A stretch of 64,000 nucleotides of DNA, from positions 8,783 through 72,782 of IMG/VR virus record IMGVR_UViG_3300021124_000003; one strand, written 5' to 3'. Shown here one piece after another: positions 7,586 to 17,954 of the stretch. Within the stretch, counting starts at the first letter, position 1; every line of letters starts with the position of its first letter. Below the pieces are notes generated by a model, which was not told the DNA's origin, did not search any database, and worked only from the letters and a program-made list of their open reading frames with translations. The DNA is from a virus (lineage: Duplodnaviria > Caudoviricetes). The position numbers and the translations under genes were made by a program.

Positions 7586-8782
7586 CTAGCTCGCGGTTAC
7601 CAGGGCTGCTGTTGTCCTGATCGTAGACCCAATCGCTGGAACAACATCTGCGGCGGGTGCCACGATTGTTGGGGTGGCAGTGCTCCCTGCGGCTGGGTAG
7701 TTAAGGATGAGGCCATCCTGAACGAAGGTGGAGAGGACCGTACCAATCCCAAGGTATGAAAGCACCCCGTTCACCGGCAGGCTGTTCACATAGGACAGCA
7801 CAGCGGCAAGGATCGTAGCGGTTAAGCCCACCGTGTCAACACCAGCCTGGAATTGCAGGTCCAGCGTCACCGGCTCAAGCTGGGGAATGCTCGTGTTGAT
7901 CAGAACAGCAATGCCTGCTGCTCGGTAATCGTCAAGTTGCGTGGCGACGAGGTTAGCCAGCGCCTTGTTGGCGTTCCCATCCGAGTCGGCGATGTAAAGC
8001 TGTACGACTCGTTGGGACACCGCCGCAGAGAAGTACACGCTTGCCTCCTGGGGGGTGAGGCCGGATCCAGTTGTGTAGATCACAACACCGCTCGGGGTAT
8101 ACGCGGCGATCACTTCTTCTGCAATCGCGCTGGTCACACCAGGGACTTGCAGCGCCCCATACGCGATGGCAGCGAGGATACCGCGACGAGCGGTGTTCCA
8201 GTACCCACGGATACGCTCGCGGAAGGTATCGTCTGTCTCTCTGTTTGTGCCCCCGGCGCTGTTTTCGGGGTTTACAGCAGTAATGGATTGATCGAACAGC
8301 CCACTAGTTGAGAGTTGGTTAAGCTGTCCCCGCGTTACGGAGGATGCCGACCCGGCGGAGTTGGCTCGCGCAAACCCAACCGAGTTGACGAGCTGCGTGG
8401 GGCCAAAGCTCACCTGCACCGCAAGCGCGTACTGGATCCCCGCTTGTGATGTGATACCTTGCCCAATCTGGATCGTACCGGGACCACCAGCCGAGCTAGG
8501 CCGGGAGAAGGTGACGTCCACGACAGCAGCATTCGCGTCCTTGCGGGTTACTCGGTATCGATCCCAAGCATACCGGTCAAGGTCATCCCCTGTCGCCGAG
8601 TCGAGAAGCAGGGAGGCGACCGCGTAAAGGAGCTGCGCGTTTACAGCATCAGCCACAAACGACGTAGACCCTACGAACAGATTCGCGTCGCTACCGCTGA
8701 CAAACACGGCCTGCGGGTCAATCTTAGTTGCCCGCTGGTTAAGGTAGTTTGCCCCGATCGTAAAAAGATCCAGCCTACTCAA
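7586..8782 (-). CDS. Baseplate J-like protein
   Basis: ATGDDLD...RK.A..A and RETDDTFRERI motifs. Confidence 0.85.
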   Translation of the reverse strand: MSRLDLFTIGANYLNQRATKIDPQAVFVSGSDANLFVGSTSFVADAVNAQLLYAVASLLLDSATGDDLDRYAWDRYRVTRKDANAAVVDVTFSRPSSAGGPGTIQIGQGITSQAGIQYALAVQVSFGPTQLVNSVGFARANSAGSASSVTRGQLNQLSTSGLFDQSITAVNPENSAGGTNRETDDTFRERIRGYWNTARRGILAAIAYGALQVPGVTSAIAEEVIAAYTPSGVVIYTTGSGLTPQEASVYFSAAVSQRVVQLYIADSDGNANKALANLVATQLDDYRAAGIAVLINTSIPQLEPVTLDLQFQAGVDTVGLTATILAAVLSYVNSLPVNGVLSYLGIGTVLSTFVQDGLILNYPAAGSTATPTIVAPAADVVPAIGSTIRTTAALVTAS

Positions 8783-8861
8783 AAGATCGATGGCTTCACC
8801 CTCCTTCCAGTCTTGACGTCCAACAAGCCACGACGTGTTCTACATGTAGCAAATCCATAGG

Positions 8862-9764
8862 TCACAGACCCCCGGTGAACGCCGCGCTGAACTTCTTGCC
8901 CTGTCCGTCTTTGGTTCGGATGTAGATCATCACCTGGCACAGACCGTTATTCTGCGCGCCAATGACTACCTTTACAGCGCTTACTTCCGGTTCCTGCTGG
9001 ATCTGAGCTTCAGCAAGATTTGTGAGAGACACGACAACGTGGTCTTGGTTTAGCTTCTTCAAGTACGAAGAGATCCCAATGCCATAACCAGGTAAATGAG
9101 CGAATGCGTTGGGCCGCGTGATGAATCGCCTGTAGATTCGCTTCTTTAGGTCGACCTCTCCGCTATCAATCGCGTAGTCACCCGTACCGTCAATCGCGAA
9201 AGTACCCAGATACGCCGGATCGTTAGGAACGCCAGCTTGGGCTAGCGAAGCGCCAGAATACGGGTTTGCGAAGTCCCTGCGAATAGGCCGTGGAATGGTC
9301 TGCGCTTGTGGGAGCGCCGAAGAAACACCGAAGAATGGCAGCGTTCCTACCGGGGATGCCCCCTGGGGACCGACCAGCCCGACCGTTGTCACTGTGTACT
9401 GCGCGGGCCATGCCGACACTGCGCGATCTAGTGTGACGTCTACGATTGACCCGGCCTCTTGTGGGGAGACCCCTTCCGGGTAGGACGCCCCCGTGGGAGC
9501 TACAGGGCGGGCTAGGACGCCGTTCTGGTCCACCGACCCAGCCACAGTGGCAAGGATGTAGTGGGACGGCTGAGCGGCGTCCCAGACGTCCCCAAGGTTG
9601 GTCAAGAAGACCGGGGAAGCAAACGTCAGCCGAAGGGTCTGCTCACCTACACAAATTGCGCTGATGAGGTTGGGAGGAACCTGCGCGGTAGACGTAGCTC
9701 CCCACGCGGCGTCACCCCACGAGATCGCACCCCAACCGGAACTGGTATCGTACGGCTGAACCAT
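8862..9764 (-). CDS. Baseplate gp25/GpW-like protein with N-terminal extra domain
   Basis: C-terminal KRIYRRFITRPNAFAHLPGYGIG...AQIQQEPEV. Confidence 0.75.
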   Translation of the reverse strand: MVQPYDTSSGWGAISWGDAAWGATSTAQVPPNLISAICVGEQTLRLTFASPVFLTNLGDVWDAAQPSHYILATVAGSVDQNGVLARPVAPTGASYPEGVSPQEAGSIVDVTLDRAVSAWPAQYTVTTVGLVGPQGASPVGTLPFFGVSSALPQAQTIPRPIRRDFANPYSGASLAQAGVPNDPAYLGTFAIDGTGDYAIDSGEVDLKKRIYRRFITRPNAFAHLPGYGIGISSYLKKLNQDHVVVSLTNLAEAQIQQEPEVSAVKVVIGAQNNGLCQVMIYIRTKDGQGKKFSAAFTGGL

Positions 9765-9789
9765 GACTCCTGGGAGTCTATCACGCCGG

Positions 9790-10545
9790 CTAGTCGACCA
9801 ACGTCTTAGAGCTGGTTGTGGTTGTAATCACCACAGGCGCACCAATCCCATTGAGTGCTTTAGCGATAGCGTTCAGATCCGTTACAACTGCTTCACCGTG
9901 CGGAACGGTGTGGGACGCGGACGCAGACCCACACCGAAGGTTCCCTCCAGGGACGAGCGCGATGTCTCCACCGCTTTGGGTTGTGAGCGTCAGCTTAGCG
10001 ACCAGCATCGTAAGCGATCCAACAAGCTCAACAAGCGCATCGTATTGCGACTTGAGGAACGTGTGCGCGTTGTCGTTGCACACAACACCCGCGACCGTGG
10101 TCGGTGTTTTCGCGGAGTCGTTGTTGAGCTTCCCAACGATCACGCACCCGCTTGCCTCGTCACCGAATGGAACGGCGACAAGGACCTCATCCCCCGCGTT
10201 GAACGGAACGTAGAGTGACCCCCCACCACCTCCGAACAGGCTAGAAACACGGCATGCCACAGGCACTTGGGAAGGCCAGAGCATGACCGACACCCTTGGC
10301 GCTGACAGCAAGTCGGCTGTAGGGGATGGTGTGCCGTCAGGGCCGAATGACACACCGTTTTGCTGAACGATCGCTGGTCCACCGGCTGTTCCTGTTGGGT
10401 TGCCGTCGGGGGAGGCGGCTGGAGCTGGGAGAACCTGCCCGTATGTCAGCCATTGCCGGGTGTCTTGCCCTGCGCCAGAGAAGACCTCTCGAAGCTCGTC
10501 GAAGTCAACTGTAGCGGATGTCTGGCGTACTCGTCTGCCCGCCAT
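9790..10545 (-). CDS. Baseplate spike (GpV/gp45-like)
   Basis: OB-fold motif VPFNAGDEVLVAVPFGD...VIVG; short C-terminal beta repeats; start MAGRRV. Confidence 0.8.
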   Translation of the reverse strand: MAGRRVRQTSATVDFDELREVFSGAGQDTRQWLTYGQVLPAPAASPDGNPTGTAGGPAIVQQNGVSFGPDGTPSPTADLLSAPRVSVMLWPSQVPVACRVSSLFGGGGGSLYVPFNAGDEVLVAVPFGDEASGCVIVGKLNNDSAKTPTTVAGVVCNDNAHTFLKSQYDALVELVGSLTMLVAKLTLTTQSGGDIALVPGGNLRCGSASASHTVPHGEAVVTDLNAIAKALNGIGAPVVITTTTSSKTLVD

Positions 10546-10547
10546 GA

Positions 10548-12497
10548 CTAGACGACCCCCGACGGGACTTTCGATGCAACCGAGGCAGCGAGCATCACCG
10601 TAACCATGTTGATGCCAATGACAGTGATCTCGAATCCCTCCGGTCCATACCCGAGTTTTACTCCATGCACGCGAAAAGGCGTCACAAAGCACGCCTCGGT
10701 GCTTGGAACCTTCATCGACGCGATGTACGCCTCGCCGAAGTTGTTCCCCCTATTTGACGGGGTGTTCCATACAGGCGCGGCGTTCCCGTCCGGGCGCTCG
10801 AACGCCCTGTTGTCAAAGATCCTGCGCTGGATCTTCTGAAATTCGGAATTGTTGTTGGACTCAGAATACTGGTAGTTTTGCTCATCCGGGGTGGAGTAGA
10901 TGATGAAGTCGAAGCAGTCCCCAGGGAAGAGGTCGAGAAGATCAGGATCATCGTTGGGGTCATCGGCGCCATAGCTCGCGAGATCCTTTGTCTTGATCTC
11001 AATCGAGTATTCTTTGCGGCCCATGTGCTGGTATTCAGCCGTCGCGATGTCATTCGCAAGCTTCTGACCAGCAACGCCTGTCAAACCAGAAACAAGCTTG
11101 TTGATGACACGAACGTTCTTCTGCCCGTCACCGGATTCACCATCGCCCGCAAGCGTGTCAACGTTCAGGGGCGACCACGGACCTGCGATCGGATTTCCCT
11201 TGGCGTCTTTGTTGGTTGTGGGAAAGTACGAGACAATGGCTTTGCCGTTAGCGGCGTCCCAGCACTGAACCTTGACGGTCGTTGGTTTCTTTCGGTCAAA
11301 GTTCCTAGCCATGTGAACGGACTCAACGTTGCGTCCCCACACCATTAGCCGGTACGGTTCGTTGTAGTCCTTAAGAAGCGCCCGATTGTGGAATGACGTG
11401 CGGGCAGCAGCAACTGTCGGAGAGATCCCGGCGACATCGGACATCGGAAGATTGGACGAGTAAAACGTTTGCGGCTTGCACAGTCTAAGCGTAAGCCCGT
11501 CACCACCCGTGAAGTGCAGCATGTAGCCGCAAATCTGGGTCATGGCGTTCAAGTAATCCCAGATTTTCATCGTGTGCTTATGGTGGGACGCGCCGGATGA
11601 CTTCTTTGTTGTACTGGGAGCTTGGAGTGGTTTGCCATCCAACCCGATGTAGTTCTGCTGGAGAAGACCCTCGGACAGCTTTGGAGGGGTTACATCCAAA
11701 TTCAGATCACCGCTCTCGTCGCCGTAGTCGAAAAACACAGTGATACCAGCCATTGCCGGGAAGTTTGACAAGTAGACCGCTATGGCCTCGTCCAGCCTTC
11801 GGGAGATGTCCAAGCACATCCCCGGGGGATGCTCCTGATCGAGCAAAAGCTGGGAGATATCCCTAGCCTCGATCGAAACAGTGGCGACATCACCGGACCA
11901 TTCTGCGGTCCACTTGTCGATGAAGCCGCTAAACCGGAGGCAGAGATCCTCCCTACTCTCTAGCTCCCCCGTGTCAAGATTCTCGTCGTAAGCTGTTCCA
12001 CCCACAGGTAGTAGGTGTGCTCGATCTCCGTTGGATATCGCAGTGGAAAAGTCATCCGCTCTCACGGTGCCCATGTAGACCTTGACGCCGCAGGATCGAA
12101 CCATCCTGGGGTCAATTGGCATGTCCTCCCACTTGAAGGCAGCCGACATCTTAGCGGCCTGGACACCTTGCCGATCAACGGACACCGACTCAACATCCTC
12201 GATGCGGAATACCCAGGTCTCCGGTGCAGTTAGTACAGACTTGGACGTGGCACCGGAGACAACCCTAACCCCGGCAGGAACCGCTGTAGGGTACTGTAGG
12301 GTGTACCCTCCTGTTTTCGTGACATAGACCGCTAAAGGCTGCGGGCTGAACATCGTTTTGTTCGCGTTGAACGGAAGAACAACGCCTGTCGGCGGGAAGT
12401 ATTCCGTAGCAACGTCGTACCGCTCCAACGACACAAACAGATCGATCACTACCGCAGGGTAGTAGCTAGGTGCGGAGTTCGTCTGGATGTCAGCCAT
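10548..12497 (-). CDS. Baseplate hub protein (GpD/gp44-like)
   Basis: Position between LysM tail protein and spike; FSGFIDKW...VSIEARD motif. Confidence 0.7.
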   Translation of the reverse strand: MADIQTNSAPSYYPAVVIDLFVSLERYDVATEYFPPTGVVLPFNANKTMFSPQPLAVYVTKTGGYTLQYPTAVPAGVRVVSGATSKSVLTAPETWVFRIEDVESVSVDRQGVQAAKMSAAFKWEDMPIDPRMVRSCGVKVYMGTVRADDFSTAISNGDRAHLLPVGGTAYDENLDTGELESREDLCLRFSGFIDKWTAEWSGDVATVSIEARDISQLLLDQEHPPGMCLDISRRLDEAIAVYLSNFPAMAGITVFFDYGDESGDLNLDVTPPKLSEGLLQQNYIGLDGKPLQAPSTTKKSSGASHHKHTMKIWDYLNAMTQICGYMLHFTGGDGLTLRLCKPQTFYSSNLPMSDVAGISPTVAAARTSFHNRALLKDYNEPYRLMVWGRNVESVHMARNFDRKKPTTVKVQCWDAANGKAIVSYFPTTNKDAKGNPIAGPWSPLNVDTLAGDGESGDGQKNVRVINKLVSGLTGVAGQKLANDIATAEYQHMGRKEYSIEIKTKDLASYGADDPNDDPDLLDLFPGDCFDFIIYSTPDEQNYQYSESNNNSEFQKIQRRIFDNRAFERPDGNAAPVWNTPSNRGNNFGEAYIASMKVPSTEACFVTPFRVHGVKLGYGPEGFEITVIGINMVTVMLAASVASKVPSGVV

Positions 12498-12500
12498 GGC

Positions 12501-13883
12501 TCACAGCGGGGGGTTTGGGATAAAGAGCTGCGTACCAGGCGCGAACGCCGTAATCGTCCACGGCAAGTCGTTGAACTTGAGGATCGCAAGAGCATTGTCC
12601 GCTGTATTGTAGAACTTCATGCTCACACGGTACGGGGTATCCCCGGACACGGTAATGTACGTCGCTAGGATCTTGCTCGGAAGGACAGACCCAGCCGAAT
12701 TGGTTGGTGTGCTGAACTGCTGCCCAGCTAACCGGCCATTTATGACGTTTTGAGCTGTATTTGCCGCTTGTGCGATTGGGTCCACAGCGCCTTGTATGGT
12801 AGCTCCTGCCTTAGCGATCGCAGCCACCTGGGAACTGACGGAGTTAAACGCGCGCGGAACCTGCCCAAACTGGTCCAGAAACCCGGTGCATGTGGACACC
12901 ATCGTTACCATGGCGTTCACGAGCCCACCAGCGACTACCGCGGGAGCTGTGGCCACTGTGGATGCTACGTTGCCTAGCTGAGTGATCGTGGAGGATAGGC
13001 TGTTGATACTCTGGGTAACCTGCTGCATGATCGCGGCAGGCGTCTTCGCTAAGTTCAGCAAATTCGCTAGACTCAACCCGCTGACGTTCGTGCCAATCGA
13101 CGTTGAATTACCAACGCCGTTGATTACGGCCGTGATCGCAGCAGAAACACTCGCAGTCGCAGCCTTAACAGACGTGGCCCCTGTGGGCTGAAATGGTGGA
13201 AGTCCAACACCCCGGCTGATCCAGTCGAACGTAATGTCCCACTTGATATCGTGGATACGTTCGTAGTGCCACGCCCACGCTGACGCACGACCTCGCCGAA
13301 CGATCTTCCGCTGCTGTGTGGTGGTGATCTGGGACAGAAGCCCGAATGGAGACTGGATGCCGAAAACAGGGATCTCGTACAGAGGGGCACTGGATGAACC
13401 AGTTGTTACGATCGTGCTAATCCACGACACATCCAAGAGGGTGCCACCTCGAAAGAGCTGCTCCATGTAATCGCGGAGAGCGTCCGGGTCGACAACAAGC
13501 TCAACTGCCCCGGGGGTGAAGTTAGCAACGTAAGCGGCACGAGCGCCGGGACCACCGTATGCCTGGCTACCCAGCATTGTGCGGTGCCACTCACCGGACC
13601 ACTTAGACGGCATCTCCTGCGGTCCCATGACCTGTTGGGATCCCTGCGGGTTTCCCTGGTACCACGTTGTCTTGAGCTGGAACTTGCCTTCCCAAGAGGC
13701 GCCCATGTGGGGAAGACTTGGCCCGGACAGGACGATGTATCGGCTGGAGGCAAGATTTGAGATGCTCCCGACCTTGGACGCTGGGGTAACCTCTGCGATC
13801 AAAATGACAGAGGAGTACGGCGACTGCTTCCTTGCGGAAGCAGATCCGAGGCCGCCTAGCGATGCAGGTACAGATGGAAGCAA
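12501..13883 (-). CDS. Tail tube initiator-like protein with C-terminal LysM/GpX domain
   Basis: YITVSGDTPYRVSMKFY...AILKFNDL...GTQLFIP. Confidence 0.75.
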   Translation of the reverse strand: MLPSVPASLGGLGSASARKQSPYSSVILIAEVTPASKVGSISNLASSRYIVLSGPSLPHMGASWEGKFQLKTTWYQGNPQGSQQVMGPQEMPSKWSGEWHRTMLGSQAYGGPGARAAYVANFTPGAVELVVDPDALRDYMEQLFRGGTLLDVSWISTIVTTGSSSAPLYEIPVFGIQSPFGLLSQITTTQQRKIVRRGRASAWAWHYERIHDIKWDITFDWISRGVGLPPFQPTGATSVKAATASVSAAITAVINGVGNSTSIGTNVSGLSLANLLNLAKTPAAIMQQVTQSINSLSSTITQLGNVASTVATAPAVVAGGLVNAMVTMVSTCTGFLDQFGQVPRAFNSVSSQVAAIAKAGATIQGAVDPIAQAANTAQNVINGRLAGQQFSTPTNSAGSVLPSKILATYITVSGDTPYRVSMKFYNTADNALAILKFNDLPWTITAFAPGTQLFIPNPPL

Positions 13884-13908
13884 GCGATCTAACCCTCACG
13901 GGTACGTG

Positions 13909-14178
13909 TTAGGACGACGAGCTAGACCCGCCGCTAGCCGATCCACTACTGGACGAGCTACGATTCTTGGCCCACGCAAGCAAGGGCGTGAACTTGCCCT
14001 TCTTCGCAGGCTTCCCCTTGTCGTTCTGCGAGGCACTGGCGCTCCCCGAGCCGCTATCGGTACCAGGGGATGCGGCAGGACCGCCAGGAGAGGCCGGTGA
14101 GGCGCTGCTAGGGCTGCTGGACGATGCGCCGAACGACGGCTTCTTGCCCTTGCTGGGCTTCTTCTGGGGGAATGCCAT
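13909..14178 (-). CDS. Small low-complexity K/S/P-rich protein
   Basis: GGAG RBS upstream; 89 aa; contains LLAWAKNRS motif. Confidence 0.65.
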   Translation of the reverse strand: MAFPQKKPSKGKKPSFGASSSSPSSASPASPGGPAASPGTDSGSGSASASQNDKGKPAKKGKFTPLLAWAKNRSSSSSGSASGGSSSSS

Positions 14179-14236
14179 GGAAATCTCCTAGTGATGCAGA
14201 GTAGCATAGCCCGGTTGACGGGCAGATACAGCAGGG

Positions 14237-16075
14237 CTATCTGGGGGCACCAAGCGCTTGACCCACAGAGTTCTTCATCACGATCGCGATATTGTCGGGA
14301 TCCTGGTCACGAAAGTCCTGATGAACAACCATGTTGCCTGTCCAGGTCATGTTAAACTTGCTTTCTTTCGCGGCCGTTTTGACCTGCTCAAAAGCTTTAC
14401 TGATTGCCATCTGGAAGCCCTCCTGCTCTCCAGGAAACCTAGCGAACATGGCAGGATCTAGCTTAGACATATCCATAGTTCGGAATGTTTGAGCAAATGC
14501 CGTAAGCATCTCCTGGTTGCTGCCCGCTGCCGCAATCTGGTTTTTTAGGTCGTACACGTCATTGGCATCAAGCTCTTGGCTGAACTTCTTACGGTATTCC
14601 TCGATCCTAGCAGCACTAGCTCTAGATGCTTCGTCCTCTGGCTTATCCGACCTTTTTCTAGCGTTAAAGAGTTCTTCAGCAGATTTGGCCATCTCTTCAA
14701 TGCTCTCAGCGGCGTCAAACATCTCCTGCGCGGTGCGGAGCTGCTGTCCCACAGCGTCTTTGTAGTTCTGGTTGGCCTCGTCCCATGCCTTGATGTTGCC
14801 TTCAACGCGAGCGTGTTCCATCTCAGACTGCGCTAGATCAGCGCGTGATTTTGCGTATGGGAGCCCACCCATCGCGTCTACACCAAGGTTTTCTAGGTGC
14901 TTCTTCACATCGGACGCAAAGAACCCGGCTGCCTCTTGAAAGTCGGACGCAAGCTTGTCAGTGAAGTTGTCGGGGATAGCTGCCGAAGTACCGGGGGCAG
15001 GGGATCCCATAGTCCACTTGCGGAGTTCTTCTGGACCGTTCTTTACCGCGAAAGAAAAACCATCGGTCGCCTTCTGGATGATATCAGCGATACGTCTGGC
15101 AGAAGCCTCGATCTGGTCCCAGTGTGCGACGATATAGTCGGTGACATTCATAAAGATCCTAGCCACGTAGTCCGCAGCCCGACGGGCTGCTTCGTAAATG
15201 ACATACTGATCTTCTATGAACTTGTCCCGAATCTGGGTTAGACCTGGGATCAGCCCATCTAAGAGCGTTTTGCCTGCTTCGAGGAAAACTTGATTAGCGA
15301 TCGTGCTAAAGCTGGTCGTAAGCATTGAGAAAGTAGGCTTCATATCGAGCCCTGCTTTCATGCGATCGTAGTATTTTTCGACAGCGGCAGTAGCGATCTT
15401 AACACGAGTTTCCTCGGTCATATTCGGCATCTTCCGCATGTACATGTTGATCTCTCTGATCTGGCCAGCGAGATCCTTAGCTTTTGTTACGATCAACCCA
15501 GACTTAGCTAAGATGGGGCCTAGCTCGTCTCTACGGCCTAGCTGACCAAACTCCGCAAATCTAGCGATACTCTCTGCCAGCCGAATCCCCCCACCAGGGG
15601 CACCACGACCGACAAGTTGCAGCTTTTCCGATAATGCGGCCAACTTATCAGCAGGGACAGACGTGCGCGCTAGTGACTCTGCGATTGATTCAAACTTGTC
15701 CGCGCTGAAACCTGTTCGGATTGCAACTTGCTTGAAATGCTCGTGCAGTTCTGACGCAGTGTCGCGCATTTGCTGCATGCTACGATTCTGCCTGTCGTAC
15801 AGAGACAGTACAGATTCTAGGTGTAGAACCTGCATGGCCTCCGCGTCGGCCATAGCAACAGCTTTAACGAGTGTATTATCGACAGCGATGTACACACCCT
15901 CTGCGGCATTCTTGGCTAAGTAGAAGCTTGCAGCGATGTCTTTTACAGACGTGTTCGCTTTAGATGCCGAACCGCTTATCTTGTCGAAGCTTTTGCTAAT
16001 CGCGTCAGCAAGAGCTTTGGTAGTATCAGCTCCACTGAGAACAAGCTTTACGACTACTTCAGCCTCATCGGCCAT
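14237..16075 (-). CDS. Tape measure protein (short, about 610 aa)
   Basis: Long alpha-helical Ala-rich protein upstream of baseplate genes. Confidence 0.75.
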   Translation of the reverse strand: MADEAEVVVKLVLSGADTTKALADAISKSFDKISGSASKANTSVKDIAASFYLAKNAAEGVYIAVDNTLVKAVAMADAEAMQVLHLESVLSLYDRQNRSMQQMRDTASELHEHFKQVAIRTGFSADKFESIAESLARTSVPADKLAALSEKLQLVGRGAPGGGIRLAESIARFAEFGQLGRRDELGPILAKSGLIVTKAKDLAGQIREINMYMRKMPNMTEETRVKIATAAVEKYYDRMKAGLDMKPTFSMLTTSFSTIANQVFLEAGKTLLDGLIPGLTQIRDKFIEDQYVIYEAARRAADYVARIFMNVTDYIVAHWDQIEASARRIADIIQKATDGFSFAVKNGPEELRKWTMGSPAPGTSAAIPDNFTDKLASDFQEAAGFFASDVKKHLENLGVDAMGGLPYAKSRADLAQSEMEHARVEGNIKAWDEANQNYKDAVGQQLRTAQEMFDAAESIEEMAKSAEELFNARKRSDKPEDEASRASAARIEEYRKKFSQELDANDVYDLKNQIAAAGSNQEMLTAFAQTFRTMDMSKLDPAMFARFPGEQEGFQMAISKAFEQVKTAAKESKFNMTWTGNMVVHQDFRDQDPDNIAIVMKNSVGQALGAPR

Positions 16076-16077
16076 GG

Positions 16078-17943
16078 CTACACCGTCCAACCTAGGATCG
16101 CGATGTAATTAGCTTGCGACCCGGGTCCAGCTCCCGAGAAGAGGTTTGTTTGCAGGCCGCCGTACCCACCTGGGAGGGGATACGGTGCTGTGGCCGTTAA
16201 AATCACCTTGATCAGCGTTGGTAGCCTGGTCGTTCCAACAGGGAAGGACCCATTTACGAGTGGAACATCGATCTCGTACACAAACGGAAGAACCGCGAGA
16301 TTCACCTGCGTTGTGATGCTCTTACCAGGTTCAAGCACGAATCGTGCAACGCTGTAGTCCGCGGGGGAAGGTGTGGACGTGTGCGCTCCTGCGTACAGCA
16401 TCGCAGACATGCTCGTAAATGTCTCAGCAACAGGAACCTCGATCGAGAAGTTCACACGGAGCTTCACCGTCTTGGCTTGGATCGGGACCGTCACACCCGG
16501 AACGATGTACGACTCGTAAATGAGCGTCGAGGCAGTAACACCCTGCGCTACGTTCAGAAACGTGAGCGGAACAGCGATCGTTGTCGGTGGTGAGTTGGCC
16601 CCGTTGGGAAGGAACACACCCTCAACGTTCTGATCGTCCGTAAGAAACGTAGCTCGGTCTTCCGCGACGAGCGCGAACGCAGTTGTAGCCGTGTTGTACT
16701 CAAACGATCCAAAACACACCGCGTCGTGTGTCGCTGGGCTACACAACCACGCAGGCAAGCTGAGTGGGTTCGCTTGTGTGACACCACCAAGGCCAAGCCC
16801 AAGGTTTCCGGCTACACCGCGGATGTCAGGCACGACCGGGGAAGAGACTGGAAGGCCGCGAGGGCTGCGCGGAAGACGTGGAACACCTAAAGCATTCGCG
16901 TCTGTCTGGTTCATGTACCGGGAAAAACGCGGAAGACCTAGCGGAAAGACGTAGTAGAGATACCCAAGAGAGCTGGGCGTGCCGGCAGACTGATCCCTGT
17001 TATTGAGCGCGAACGGCTGGAATGGGGTGGGCGACCCAGTGATAAGTTCACGAGTCCCAACCACAGGCGATCCCTGGGTAAGCCACCCACCTACACGTCG
17101 ACCACGGAACAATCTTGCCGCAGTGCCAACGATCGAATTACCACCAGAAACAGAGAACTGGTTCTCCCCGATGACGGTTGGGTACTGGTTGCTGATGCCA
17201 GACAGCGAGTTATCCCGATCCGAGATGAGCGGACGAACGTCGTAGAACGTCATCTGGTCAGTCACGAGAGATCCACCAGCTAGCGCGAATGTTCCAGGCG
17301 CGTAGATCAACGCGAGAGGGAGCGCTCCCTGGGCAAGTGTTGGGAAAGCGTTCGTGAACACGCGGATCTGGTACGTGCATAGATACGCCTGAACCTTGGT
17401 AACAGGCGTCGGAGTAAACTGACCAGTGAGATCATTGAAGATGTCACTGACCCGCGTCTCTACCGCAGCGTTGAGTGCTGGGATCGCCTCAACGATGTAC
17501 CAAGCATCTGTGTTGGCGAGATTCTGTGGCACGAGTAGCTGTCCAGCGAGCGGCTGACCAGGATCGACAACGAGCTTAGTAGCCGAGGCATCGGGGTCTC
17601 CGTCGGGGACGACCGCAGTCATGACCCCCGGGTCAACCGTCATCGTCAGTGTACTGGGGACAGGCCGCACGAGGAAGCCCTCAAAGATGTCGGCCGTGAG
17701 CGGTGTGCTTGTCGTTGTGGGGTCTGCTACGGCCGCGCCAGAGCCGGCGTCAGCGTCATCGAGGACGAAGCCGGAGGCAGGGCTGTAAGACGCCGCAGCG
17801 AGCCCCTGAGTGCTCCTATGCCCTACCAAGAGCTTGAGTAGTGCGGACAGGTCACCACCAGCAAGCCGCTGAAGCCTGTTCAGATCCGAGCTAAGCGCAC
17901 GCTCAAGTGTGTTGAACTGTAGGTTTCTTCCGCCTGTGGGCAT
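16078..17943 (-). CDS. Virion fibre-like protein (paralogue of 3579-5375)
   Basis: Shared motifs GG.R.NL..N..ERA.S.D.NRLQ, PDGDPDAS, MTFYDVRPLI.DR, VPRLPRSP. Confidence 0.65.
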   Translation of the reverse strand: MPTGGRNLQFNTLERALSSDLNRLQRLAGGDLSALLKLLVGHRSTQGLAAASYSPASGFVLDDADAGSGAAVADPTTTSTPLTADIFEGFLVRPVPSTLTMTVDPGVMTAVVPDGDPDASATKLVVDPGQPLAGQLLVPQNLANTDAWYIVEAIPALNAAVETRVSDIFNDLTGQFTPTPVTKVQAYLCTYQIRVFTNAFPTLAQGALPLALIYAPGTFALAGGSLVTDQMTFYDVRPLISDRDNSLSGISNQYPTVIGENQFSVSGGNSIVGTAARLFRGRRVGGWLTQGSPVVGTRELITGSPTPFQPFALNNRDQSAGTPSSLGYLYYVFPLGLPRFSRYMNQTDANALGVPRLPRSPRGLPVSSPVVPDIRGVAGNLGLGLGGVTQANPLSLPAWLCSPATHDAVCFGSFEYNTATTAFALVAEDRATFLTDDQNVEGVFLPNGANSPPTTIAVPLTFLNVAQGVTASTLIYESYIVPGVTVPIQAKTVKLRVNFSIEVPVAETFTSMSAMLYAGAHTSTPSPADYSVARFVLEPGKSITTQVNLAVLPFVYEIDVPLVNGSFPVGTTRLPTLIKVILTATAPYPLPGGYGGLQTNLFSGAGPGSQANYIAILGWTV

Positions 17944-17954
17944 GGGTTAGATCC

